A model generated the notes under the pieces. The model made no database searches. It was not told where the DNA came from and saw only the letters and a program-made list of their open reading frames with translations. Shown one piece after another: positions 10,196 through 18,941 of a DNA stretch of 64,000 bases (position 1 is the stretch's first letter; every line of letters starts with the position of its first letter). This DNA is from Pyrinomonadaceae bacterium (lineage in GTDB: Bacteria; Acidobacteriota; Blastocatellia; Pyrinomonadales; Pyrinomonadaceae): the NCBI GenBank assembly GCA_047973305.1, contig JBKEBT010000150.1, positions 1,548 through 65,547 on the forward strand, in the 5' to 3' direction. A program made the position numbers and the translations under genes.

Positions 10196-10318
10196 TTATT
10201 TGCTTTCAGCCTTGTTTTCAACGTTTGCTTTTCGTTGTTTTTTTGGTCGCGGACGAACATTTCCGTACGAACCCGCAAAAATCTTTCCTCGTCTTGTTTT
10301 CTTATCGCCTCTTCCCAT
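10196..10318 (-). CDS. 30S ribosomal protein bTHX (40 aa), absent from the ORF track
   Basis: Hand translation of the minus strand gives MGRGDKKTRRGKIFAGSYGNVRPRPKKQRKANVENKAESK. Upstream it reads TTAGGAGACACA-ATG, an AGGAGA Shine-Dalgarno. It closely matches Thermus Thx as I remember it ([27 protein letters not shown]). Confidence 0.8.
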   Translation of the reverse strand: MGRGDKKTRRGKIFAGSYGNVRPRPKKQRKANVENKAESK

Positions 10319-10371
10319 TGTGTCTCCTAAAAAGTAGTTTTCTTGTTATTGAATAATCTCGAAATACTTTT

Positions 10372-11646
10372 CTACGTCAAATATTTCTTAAAATCTTCCG
10401 GAAAGCGTTTTACGGCACCTTGAATTGACCACGTTGCCGCGTCGCCAAGCGGGCAAAACGATTTTCCTTCGATGTTGTCGCAAAGATCTAATATTAACTG
10501 TGCATCTTCAGGTCTGCCACCGCCATTTGCAATTCGGGTAAATATTTTTGTAAGCCAATCGGTTCCTTCACGGCACGGCGTGCACCATCCGCACGATTCG
10601 TGCTTGTAAAATTCAATCAAATTTTTTGTGGAATCTACAATATCGACGGTTTCATCCATTACGATAAACCCGCCTGAGCCCACCATCGAACCGCCCTCCA
10701 CCAAACCTTCGTAATCCATTCGTACGTTTTTGCCGATGATTTGATCGGCGCGCATCACGTAAACCGATGACCCGCCGGGAATGCAGGCTTTTAGCTTTTT
10801 ATCGTCACGAAGCATGCCGCCGCAGTCTTCAAAAATGAATTTTTCCAAATCCATATAACCCATTGGAAGTTCATAAACTCCGGGTTTCTTTACGTGTCCG
10901 GATACCGACCACAGCTTCGTTCCGCCTGATTTTTCCGTACCTAACTTTTGCCAAGCTTCACCACCCATTTTAATAATCTGCGGTATAGCCGTTAACGTTT
11001 CCACATTGTTTACGACCGTCGGCGATTCATAAAGCCCCTCAAGGGCAGGGAAAGGCGGCTTCATACGCGGGTGTCCGCGGTTACCTTCAAGCGATGAAAG
11101 AAGCGCGGTTTCTTCACCGCAAATGTATGCACCGGCGCCCGTTTGTGTATAAAGATTGCAAGAAAAATCGCTTCCCAAAATACTTGCGCCCAACACTCCG
11201 GCTTCTTTCGCTTCATCTATGGCTTTATCCATTATGTCGATCAAGTAACGATATTCGCCACGAAAATAGATGTAACAACTTTCCGCGCCAAGCGTGTAGG
11301 CGGCAATCAACATTCCCTCAATCAATGCGTGTGGATCCCGTTCAAGCAGATATCTATCTTTAAACGTACCGGGTTCAGATTCATCGGCGTTGCAAACGAT
11401 ATATTTCTGCTTTGGGGAATCACGCGGAACAAACGACCATTTCATTCCCGTTGGAAACCCCGCGCCGCCACGCCCGCGAAGCGACGATTTTTTTACCTCT
11501 TCAATTATTTCATCGGAAGACATGCCCAGCGCCTTCTTCAAAGATTCGTAGCCACCGTGTTCTTTATACACTTGTAACGTATGCCCATTTTCGATGTGCA
11601 TCATTTTAAGTTGTAGTGGCTCGCAACCAATCGCTTTGATTTCCAT
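10372..11646 (-). CDS. nuoF: NADH-quinone oxidoreductase subunit F
   Basis: Contains the FMN/NADH-site motifs GRGGAGFPTG and CNADESEPGTFKDR, and the N3 cluster motif ESCGWCTPCREG. Confidence 0.95.
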   Translation of the reverse strand: MEIKAIGCEPLQLKMMHIENGHTLQVYKEHGGYESLKKALGMSSDEIIEEVKKSSLRGRGGAGFPTGMKWSFVPRDSPKQKYIVCNADESEPGTFKDRYLLERDPHALIEGMLIAAYTLGAESCYIYFRGEYRYLIDIMDKAIDEAKEAGVLGASILGSDFSCNLYTQTGAGAYICGEETALLSSLEGNRGHPRMKPPFPALEGLYESPTVVNNVETLTAIPQIIKMGGEAWQKLGTEKSGGTKLWSVSGHVKKPGVYELPMGYMDLEKFIFEDCGGMLRDDKKLKACIPGGSSVYVMRADQIIGKNVRMDYEGLVEGGSMVGSGGFIVMDETVDIVDSTKNLIEFYKHESCGWCTPCREGTDWLTKIFTRIANGGGRPEDAQLILDLCDNIEGKSFCPLGDAATWSIQGAVKRFPEDFKKYLT

Positions 11647-11881
11647 AAACTTATTGTCTTAATTACTTTGGGTGTCTCTTATGATGTTTTCCCAAAATAT
11701 TGCTTCTTAACGGTAATTTTTTATCCAAACTAATAACGGCGCATTTCGGGCGAAAAATGCTCGAAACAGGTTAAGAAAAGTTTCGCCGGATTCGTTTGAA
11801 AGGGAGTCTGTCGCACTAGACCTTGCCCACAGCTACCAACACCTTGCTTTTTCGTCAGTTCGTCATTAATCGAACCCGATG

Positions 11882-12763
11882 CTATTTTGTCGCACCCTCC
11901 GAAACGTTGTAATCCATTCTCAAATAAATCGTAAACTGAACAACCGGCGCTATTCCGATTTCGCCAATTGATTTGTCGAAATCAGTTGATTCAAGCGGCA
12001 CGTAGTAAAACGTAAAACTCTTTCGTTCTAAAACCTGGTTTCCGGTATTGTAATTCGTTCGTGCGCCGCCGGTTTCAAATGCCTGATAACGTTGGTAGCG
12101 CGAAGCCGGATAATGTGTGCCGTAAACTTCCCTTGAAAGCCCGGCGGGAAAAAGTTTAACTCCAAATGAATTTCTATACGCGGTCTCCTTTTCCTTAATA
12201 ACCTTCACCGCTTCCGCAAAAAGTTTAGATTTGTAACTTTCTGCATTTGTCACAAGATAATCAACCTTTATGAGATCGAAAATCCCCAGTTTCGCTGCGG
12301 TTTCGATTACCTTTTCAAATAACTCTTCTTGCTTAAACTTAACGGCGACCGTCTTTTTGGTCTCAAATCCGTTTTGAAATTCGGTTGCAGTGTTTCCGAC
12401 GACCTTAAAATCATAAACACGGTTTTGTGTTATGAAATCTACGTAAATATCTGATTCCTTTATGCCGAATGGTTTTAAATCAGCCTTAAAAGCACTGATT
12501 TGTGCATTTAGCTTTTGGTTGTTCAGCGCAGGTGTTTTGTTTTCTTCCTGAATTCCGAACACCGCAATGAATTCATCCGCTTTGACGCTTGTTAAAACAC
12601 TTGCTTCAATCGAATATTCGTTCTTATCGTTAGAAGAATCAAGAACGCCCGTATTCGCCTGAGCCCGTTTTTCGGAACCGTCATAAACTTGATTCCCGCT
12701 CATTTGCGCAAGCGCAGGCAAACAAAAAAACGTCAAAAGAAAAAATACACTTAACTGTTTCAT
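11882..12763 (-). CDS. Secreted SIMPL/DUF541-like protein inserted between nuoE and nuoF
   Basis: Has a signal peptide (MKQLSVFFLLTFFCLPALAQ). The segment IEASVLTSVKADEFIAVFGIQEENKTPALNNQKLNAQISAFKADLKPFGIKESDI resembles the SIMPL fold pattern. Its ATG overlaps the nuoE TGA as ATGA. Confidence 0.5.
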   Translation of the reverse strand: MKQLSVFFLLTFFCLPALAQMSGNQVYDGSEKRAQANTGVLDSSNDKNEYSIEASVLTSVKADEFIAVFGIQEENKTPALNNQKLNAQISAFKADLKPFGIKESDIYVDFITQNRVYDFKVVGNTATEFQNGFETKKTVAVKFKQEELFEKVIETAAKLGIFDLIKVDYLVTNAESYKSKLFAEAVKVIKEKETAYRNSFGVKLFPAGLSREVYGTHYPASRYQRYQAFETGGARTNYNTGNQVLERKSFTFYYVPLESTDFDKSIGEIGIAPVVQFTIYLRMDYNVSEGATK

Positions 12764-13293
12764 ACTGCATCAAGCGAATCAATAAGCTCATCGAGCGATT
12801 CCTTTGTCAAATTTTCGTGATAATCAAACCCGATTTGCATCATCGGTGCCGTTCCACAACTGCCTAAACATTCAACCCGCGTAACCGTAAACTTACCATC
12901 TTCAGTGGTTTCGCCGGGGTTAATTCCCAACCTGCTGCAAATATGGTTTGTTAAATCCTCTTCGCCCATTATTCGACAGGACAGCGTTTTACACATCTGA
13001 ATATGGTATTTCCCAACCGGATGAACGTTAAACATCGAATAGAAAGTTGCTGTTTCCCAAACATCGGTAACTTCGACATTCAAGAAGTTTGCCAAGAAAT
13101 TTACCCCCGGATTATCTACATATCCACGCTCACGCTGCACCACAAAAAGAAGCGGAATAAGTGCCGAACGCTGCCGCCCCTCAGGATATTTCGAAAGATG
13201 CAATTTCATCTCCGCAACAACTTCTTCGGAAAACTCCGCGACCTCATTGGTGACGTTAACTTTGTTTGTATAATCAGTTGCAACTGATGCCAT
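12760..13293 (-). CDS. nuoE: NADH-quinone oxidoreductase subunit E
   Basis: Thioredoxin-like 2Fe-2S motifs (CKTLSCRIMG, CLGSCGTAPMMQI) and the expected operon position. Confidence 0.93.
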   Translation of the reverse strand: MASVATDYTNKVNVTNEVAEFSEEVVAEMKLHLSKYPEGRQRSALIPLLFVVQRERGYVDNPGVNFLANFLNVEVTDVWETATFYSMFNVHPVGKYHIQMCKTLSCRIMGEEDLTNHICSRLGINPGETTEDGKFTVTRVECLGSCGTAPMMQIGFDYHENLTKESLDELIDSLDAV

Positions 13294-13338
13294 ATTCTTA
13301 AATCCTACATTACCCCAAATCTTACTGAGACTATTTGT

Positions 13339-14547
13339 TTACCGATCTATTTCACCTAATACGATATCAAGCGAGCCAATGATTGCCACAACATCCGCGA
13401 TCAATTCGCCTTCGGTCATATCCGGCAAAGCGGACAGATTAACAAAACTTGGACCGCGAAAATGAACACGCTCCGGTTTTGGTCCGCCGTTTGATTTCAT
13501 ATAAACGCCAAGTTCGCCTTTTGAGGCTTCAATCGCATGATAAACCTCACCTTCCGGAACGTTAAACCCTTCAGCAACGATTAGAAAGTGATGAATTAAC
13601 GAATCCATCTGCGTTCGCATATCTTTTCGATCTGGCAGAACAACCTTCGGAGCGTCAGCCTTAATCGGACCTGGTTTTAAACGTTCAAGTGCTTGTCGGG
13701 CAATCTTTGCAGATTCACGGAATTCACGCATACGCACCATAAATCGCGCCCAGACATCACACCCGGTTTCTACCGGAATTTCAAAGTCGTACGTTTCGTA
13801 TCCGGAATACGGCTCATGACGCCGCAAGTCTAGCTCAACGCCACTTCCCCGAAGGCTTGGACCCGTCAGCCCCCAGTCAATCGCATCGTCTCGACTTATA
13901 TAACCAATTTCTTTTGTGCGACTCTGAAACAAAGGGTTTCCGGTCAGTAAATTATCAAACATTTCAAGCGCTGCGGGGAACTCATCCAAAAACTGACGAG
14001 CGCGATTATCAAAACCGGCGGGCAAATCCATCATCAAACCACCTATTCTGAAATAGCTCGGCGTCATTCGACCGCCTGAAGCGGATTCAATTAGGTTGAG
14101 AATTTTTTCACGTTGCCTGAAACAATAAAATAAGAGGCTCATTGCACCAATATCGAGTGCATGCGTGCCGAGCCAAACCAAATGCGAAGCGATGCGCTGC
14201 AATTCGCACATTAAAACGCGAATTACTTGGGCACGTTCAGGAATTTCAATTTGCAGGAGTTTTTCAGCCGCCATTACGTATGCAAGATTATTACCTAGGG
14301 GGTTCAAGTAATCCATTCGGTCAGTAATAACAATGCCTTGCTGGTATTTACGATATTCGAACAGCTTCTCCATTCCGGTATGGAGATAACCGATATCGGG
14401 AATTGTCCGAACCACAACCTCACCGTCAAGTACAAGTTCTAGCCGCAACACGCCGTGCGTAGAAGGATGCTGCGGACCCATCGAAATCGTCATTTGCGAT
14501 TCCAGCGGTTCATCGGTAATAAAATCTTTATCAACAATTGCACTCAT
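13339..14547 (-). CDS. nuoD: NADH-quinone oxidoreductase subunit D
   Basis: Motifs MGPQHPSTHGVLRL, GYLHTGMEK and C-terminal IIGSLDIVLGEIDR match the 49-kDa subunit. Confidence 0.95.
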   Translation of the reverse strand: MSAIVDKDFITDEPLESQMTISMGPQHPSTHGVLRLELVLDGEVVVRTIPDIGYLHTGMEKLFEYRKYQQGIVITDRMDYLNPLGNNLAYVMAAEKLLQIEIPERAQVIRVLMCELQRIASHLVWLGTHALDIGAMSLLFYCFRQREKILNLIESASGGRMTPSYFRIGGLMMDLPAGFDNRARQFLDEFPAALEMFDNLLTGNPLFQSRTKEIGYISRDDAIDWGLTGPSLRGSGVELDLRRHEPYSGYETYDFEIPVETGCDVWARFMVRMREFRESAKIARQALERLKPGPIKADAPKVVLPDRKDMRTQMDSLIHHFLIVAEGFNVPEGEVYHAIEASKGELGVYMKSNGGPKPERVHFRGPSFVNLSALPDMTEGELIADVVAIIGSLDIVLGEIDR

Positions 14548-14552
14548 AGAAA

Positions 14553-15038
14553 TTATGTCAAACTATAGGGTTCATAACCGCGCAACGGATAGTCTTTTCT
14601 AAGCGCGTGACCATCGAAATCAGACGGGAGCAAAATTCTTCGTAAATCAGGATGATTTTCAAAAACAATCCCAACCAAATCATAAGTTTCGCGTTCGTGC
14701 CAATTCGCCGTTTTCCAAACTCCGGTAACGCTTGGCAATTTTGCATCATCTTCTGATAATAATACTTTCAGACGTATTCGTTTGTGATGAATGGTCGAAA
14801 AGAGATGATAAATTACTTCGAATCGTGGATCTACTTCCGGACCGTGATCCGCCCCGCATAAATCGGAAAGCAGATTAAACTGGAATTCCGATTTCAGAAC
14901 TTCACAAAAGTCGGCAATCGTTTCTTTTTGAGTCAAAATTGTAAACTCACCCAATTGTTCGGTCACGTCCGCAACAAATGATTCGTGTCTTGATTTGATT
15001 TCAGCAACCAATTCTGTTGTTTCACTAAACTTATTCAT
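14553..15038 (-). CDS. nuoC: NADH-quinone oxidoreductase subunit C
   Basis: 30-kDa subunit pattern (FEVIYHLFS, ANWHERETYDLVGIVFENHPDLRRILL). Confidence 0.92.
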   Translation of the reverse strand: MNKFSETTELVAEIKSRHESFVADVTEQLGEFTILTQKETIADFCEVLKSEFQFNLLSDLCGADHGPEVDPRFEVIYHLFSTIHHKRIRLKVLLSEDDAKLPSVTGVWKTANWHERETYDLVGIVFENHPDLRRILLPSDFDGHALRKDYPLRGYEPYSLT

Positions 15039-15046
15039 ATTTAGGC

Positions 15047-15679
15047 TTATGACGATCGTCGTTTTTCGTGCTTTGCCGGAACCTTATAAGGTTTTTCACT
15101 TGCGGCTTCCGCAAGTTCTTCTAGCGCAGTGCCTTCCGTGACCGGAAGGGTGCCCGGTACGACCGATTCTCTTGATTCAACTTCGATTGTATCCGGTCGG
15201 TCTTTAACTGAATCTTTCAGGATCTTCTCTTGAAGCATTGTAATTGCGTGAACCAGCATTTCGGGGCGCGGAGGGCAACCCGGAATATAAATATCGACCG
15301 GAACAACCTTATCAACGCCTTGAACAATAGCGTAATTATCAAATACACCACCGGATGTGGCGCAAGCACCCATTGAGATAACCCATTTTGGTTCGGGCAT
15401 TTGATCATAAATTCTTCGAAGTACCGGCGCCATTTTTCTCGAAACCCTTCCGGAAACAATCATCACGTCCGCTTGCCTGGGCGATGCGCGAAACGTTTCA
15501 GCGCCAAATCTAGACAAATCATTACGAGAATTTACGCTGTTCATCATCTCAATTGCGCAACATGCCAAACCAAATGTAGCGGGCCATATTGACGATTTGC
15601 GTGCCCAGTTAATGACCGCATCAAGTTTTACCGTTACAACATCCGGAAGAGAGTTAAATACTGTATTTTCAATACCCAT
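15047..15679 (-). CDS. nuoB: NADH-quinone oxidoreductase subunit B (with about 50-aa C-terminal tail)
   Basis: PSST-type motifs [27 protein letters not shown] and GCPPRPE. An acidic/basic C-terminal extension follows the conserved core. Confidence 0.93.
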   Translation of the reverse strand: MGIENTVFNSLPDVVTVKLDAVINWARKSSIWPATFGLACCAIEMMNSVNSRNDLSRFGAETFRASPRQADVMIVSGRVSRKMAPVLRRIYDQMPEPKWVISMGACATSGGVFDNYAIVQGVDKVVPVDIYIPGCPPRPEMLVHAITMLQEKILKDSVKDRPDTIEVESRESVVPGTLPVTEGTALEELAEAASEKPYKVPAKHEKRRSS

Positions 15680-15699
15680 AATTTTTTTGGCTTACTCAT

Positions 15700-16191
15700 T
15701 TAAGCGGCTTTCTTAAGCTCTGACTCAATTTTAGTCTTCTTTGCCAATTTAAGCTTTTGTGCTTCGATTAATGCTTCTTCGCGCGATTCTTTGCTCCATT
15801 CAAATGCTCCTTTTTTCCATTCGTAAACTAAACCGATGATTACTGTTGTAAGGAAAAAGAGCATCGTAAAAAATGCAATGGTTCCGTAAAAAATTCCGGT
15901 TTGGTTTTCTAAGCCCAACAATTTCTTAAACGCAACGGCAAACGGAACCACAAAAAGAATTTCAATATCAAATAACAGAAACGCGACTGCAACCATATAA
16001 AATTTAATCGAAAATCTGTCGCGTGCAGAGCCGACGGGGTCCTTTCCACACTCATATGGCATAAGTTTTGTTGCCGTGCTCTTGCGCGGACCAATTATTT
16101 GCCCAACCAAAATTTGGCTGAGGGCAAAACCGGCGGCGACCAAAAACATAATTCCTATCGGCGCATAATCAAGAAGGCTAAATTCTTCCAT
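15700..16191 (-). CDS. nuoA: NADH-quinone oxidoreductase subunit A (with charged C-terminal tail)
   Basis: ND3-like motifs (YECGKDPVGSARDRFSIKFY, FLLFDIEILF). It is the first gene of the operon. Confidence 0.9.
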   Translation of the reverse strand: MEEFSLLDYAPIGIMFLVAAGFALSQILVGQIIGPRKSTATKLMPYECGKDPVGSARDRFSIKFYMVAVAFLLFDIEILFVVPFAVAFKKLLGLENQTGIFYGTIAFFTMLFFLTTVIIGLVYEWKKGAFEWSKESREEALIEAQKLKLAKKTKIESELKKAA

Positions 16192-16284
16192 TGTTCTTTA
16201 AAAATCCTCACAGAATTCGTAAAAAGACTCACTAGTTTTCCAGTATTTCAGCGATAATTACTTAACGGTTAATGATCAAAATAA

Positions 16285-16313
16285 ATCGTATGTTATGCGC
16301 AAAACACTGTCAA
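16285..16313 (-). promoter_or_regulatory. Candidate sigma70 promoter of the nuo operon
   Basis: The minus strand reads TTGACA (16313..16308), a 17-nt spacer, then TACGAT (16290..16285). It lies about 90 nt upstream of the nuoA ATG. Confidence 0.45.
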
Positions 16314-16514
16314 GGAAGCTTAAATTAACGGATTAAATTGCAAAAAAAAATACAACGAAAATTTGCTTCCGCAGTTGCACGAACGACACGTTGTTCGTCT
16401 GAGAATTCCTACTTGAATTCATTGACCGTTCGTAAAACCTTGTGATAGTTTCAAGTGTAATAGTTTTCTACATTCCAGTCGGAGGCATTCCAACATTTTC
16501 ATAGGTTTAATCAA

Positions 16515-17450
16515 GTGATAACCGGTTTCAATACTGACGTAAATTTCGAGGGCATAACGTATCATGTACAAACCGAAGACAAAGGTTTGGACACGCCATT
16601 GATTTTGTCCTTGGTTTACCAACACGGTACGATTTTGGCGAGCAAGCGTTCGAAATATGATGACCTTGTTGAAAAGGGTTTTGATGAAAAGGTGCTTGCT
16701 GAGCGGCTAAAACGGCAGCACGCATTAATGTGCGCCGCCGTAAAGAGCGGAAGAATTGAAGACCTTAAACGAATGACCCTTTCACGCGCCAAGCGGAAAG
16801 TTGATGTTAAGACAGATTCCAACTTGCCCTTTGTCGATTCCCTCGCTCGAACTGATTCAAACGTTGTTCACGGAAATATTGATACGGAAATAGAAAAGAC
16901 CGTAGATGAGTCGATTTCTAATTCGGAACCATTTTTGGAAGAGTCTCAACAACCACTGTTGGTAACCGAGATTATTGAAACTTCAATCGCCAATAACGAT
17001 AGCGAAAAGTTCGAAACGGTTTGGGACATTCCGTTGGTTGAAGACGTTACGATAATCGAATCCGACGAATTCTTCGAGGAAGGTTTTGTTCTTTCGCCTG
17101 ACGCCATCAGCATTGTTGAAGAAGCAAATTTCTCGGCGCATCCATTGCGCGACGAACTAAAAATCAAGTTTTTGGCTGATTACACATTTCGTGCCGGCGA
17201 TAAGAAAAACGTAAATTTGATTGTTTGCAGAGGCGAAGACGAAAGGGAAGTAGAAGGCGCACAGGTAATGGTTAAGGTATTGGGTTCGGATTTTCGTCCA
17301 TTGATTTTTCATGCCAAAACCGATTCACACGGCGTTGCGACCGTTTTCGTTAAGCTTCCGATGTTCCGTACCGGACGTGCGGCGTTGCTTGTTCGCGCAA
17401 GTGTTGGTGGCGAAGAAACCGAACAAAGACGCGTAATTTTTCATCAATGA
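16515..17450 (+). CDS. Hypothetical protein (GTG start) translationally coupled to the thiS-like gene
   Basis: 311-aa ORF with no recognised family. The N-terminus contains YHVQTEDKG; the C-terminal roughly 90 aa look like a beta-sandwich. Its stop overlaps the next ATG as ATGA. Confidence 0.55.
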   Translation: MITGFNTDVNFEGITYHVQTEDKGLDTPLILSLVYQHGTILASKRSKYDDLVEKGFDEKVLAERLKRQHALMCAAVKSGRIEDLKRMTLSRAKRKVDVKTDSNLPFVDSLARTDSNVVHGNIDTEIEKTVDESISNSEPFLEESQQPLLVTEIIETSIANNDSEKFETVWDIPLVEDVTIIESDEFFEEGFVLSPDAISIVEEANFSAHPLRDELKIKFLADYTFRAGDKKNVNLIVCRGEDEREVEGAQVMVKVLGSDFRPLIFHAKTDSHGVATVFVKLPMFRTGRAALLVRASVGGEETEQRRVIFHQ

Positions 17451-17650
17451 TTGAAATAGTATTAAACGGAGAAACAAAAACTTTTGATAATCCGCTTCCT
17501 GTCGCGGATGTTTTATCACTACTTGATCTATCTAGCAATTTTGTTGCAATCGAAATAAATAAAAATGTGCTTCGACGTTTAGACTGGAGCACAACCTACC
17601 TAAAAGACGGCGATAAGATTGAAGTAATTCACTTTGTTGGTGGCGGATAA
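17447..17650 (+). CDS. thiS: ThiS/MoaD-family sulfur-carrier protein
   Basis: 67-aa protein: MIEIVLNGETKTF...DGDKIEVIHFVGGG. It has the beta-grasp length and the C-terminal Gly-Gly typical of ThiS. Confidence 0.8.
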   Translation: MIEIVLNGETKTFDNPLPVADVLSLLDLSSNFVAIEINKNVLRRLDWSTTYLKDGDKIEVIHFVGGG

Positions 17651-17778
17651 ACCGCGAAATGTGGTATCTTTTGGCTCAATTCATTACAGTTTTGCTTCCA
17701 AGTGAATCGGTAAATCCATAGATTCGATTTATAAGGAATAGTTCACTAAATTTGTACCGTATTAAGAAAAGGTAGCGC

Positions 17779-18936
17779 ATGGGAATTTTGAAGTTTGCTG
17801 CAACACTGATCGCCATTGCACTTGTAACATTCACGTTAATTATTGCAAAACAATTACTTATACCGTTTGTGATCGCATTTTTCATTTGGTACATTACGGT
17901 AACGTTAAGCCATTGGATTGGTGAATTACCACCGATAAAAAAGTATTTCCCGGCATGGGCAAACACCGCAATTGCAGCTCTTGTAATTGGAATCATACTA
18001 GTTTTTATAGCGTTAATGATCGTCCAAAATGCAACTGCAATGATTGCTTCGATTCCAAAATATCAACAAAATTTGGATGGGTTGGTTTCAAGGGTAGAAA
18101 ACGCCGCAAACTTTCAATTTATTCAACAAATTAGGTCAAAGTTACCGTCCGATTCGGCATCAGCTGAATCAACCGGCGCGTTTGCAAAATTCAGTGCGAA
18201 TTTGAATATCGGAAGATTATTGTTGGGAATTGTGAGTTCAATCGGCGAAGTCGTAAGCAGCGGGATGATGATTCTAATTTACGTAATCTTCATCTTTTTT
18301 GAGCAAGCGGTATTTCCCAAGAAAATGAAGAGTCTCTTCTCAAAGGGGTCTGCCTATGATAGATATTTGCGTACGGCGGATCGCATAAATGAGGCGATGC
18401 GTGCATATTTTACCGTTAAAGTGGCGGTTAGTGCGTTAACTGCTACATGTAGCTATTTGGTTTTGCTTTTAATCGGGGTAGATTTCGCCTTCTTTTGGGC
18501 ATTTCTGATATTTATTTTGAACTTTATTCCAAATATCGGTTCTTTGATTGCCACGGTATTTCCCGCGACCATTGCTTTGGTTCAGTTCGATACGGTCTTG
18601 CCGTTCTTTGAGGTTGTTGTGGGAATCGGCGTAATTCAGCTTATAGTCGGAAACTTTCTTGAGCCACGTTTACTTGGCAGTTCATTAAATATTAGTAGCT
18701 TGGTTGTGCTTTTTGCGTTGATGGTTTGGGGAACGATTTGGGGAATTACCGGAATGGTTTTATGTGTTCCCATAACGGTCATGATTATGATTGTATTAGC
18801 GCAATTCCCTTCAACTCGGTCAGCGGCGTTGCTTCTTTCCGAAAACGGCGAACTTTTGGATGACCTCGAAAAAATACACGAAGCCAGCGAAGAAGATGAT
18901 ATTATTTCGCAAATAGTTGATGATGAAGAAGATTAA
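17779..18936 (+). CDS. AI-2E (PerM/YhhT) family transporter
   Basis: 385-aa polytopic protein. The segment NFIPNIGSLIATVFPATIAL...FLEPRLLG is typical of the AI-2E family. Confidence 0.8.
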   Translation: MGILKFAATLIAIALVTFTLIIAKQLLIPFVIAFFIWYITVTLSHWIGELPPIKKYFPAWANTAIAALVIGIILVFIALMIVQNATAMIASIPKYQQNLDGLVSRVENAANFQFIQQIRSKLPSDSASAESTGAFAKFSANLNIGRLLLGIVSSIGEVVSSGMMILIYVIFIFFEQAVFPKKMKSLFSKGSAYDRYLRTADRINEAMRAYFTVKVAVSALTATCSYLVLLLIGVDFAFFWAFLIFILNFIPNIGSLIATVFPATIALVQFDTVLPFFEVVVGIGVIQLIVGNFLEPRLLGSSLNISSLVVLFALMVWGTIWGITGMVLCVPITVMIMIVLAQFPSTRSAALLLSENGELLDDLEKIHEASEEDDIISQIVDDEED

Positions 18937-18941
18937 GTTTG

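Noticed and set aside
10096-10356. Plus-strand 86-aa ORF from the track in the nuoF-nuoG gap.
   Set aside because: It lies antisense to the operon, has no recognisable family, and covers the same DNA as the well-supported minus-strand bTHX ORF with its Shine-Dalgarno.
11770-11860. tRNA-like fragments (GGTAG and CGAATCC on the minus strand) in the 235-nt gap between the SIMPL-like gene and nuoF.
   Set aside because: I could not build an acceptor stem or a T-arm; the sequences flanking the CGAATCC loop are not complementary. The gap is more likely an internal promoter or UTR region.
16385-16514. Possible TPP riboswitch upstream of the hypothetical/thiS-like gene pair, because a CTGAGA box is present near 16398.
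   Set aside because: The rest of the THI-box is missing: I found no ACCTGATCTGGATAATGCCAGCG-like segment and no matching P1/P2 pairing. Only a local hairpin is evident (ACGAACGAC..GTTGTTCGT).
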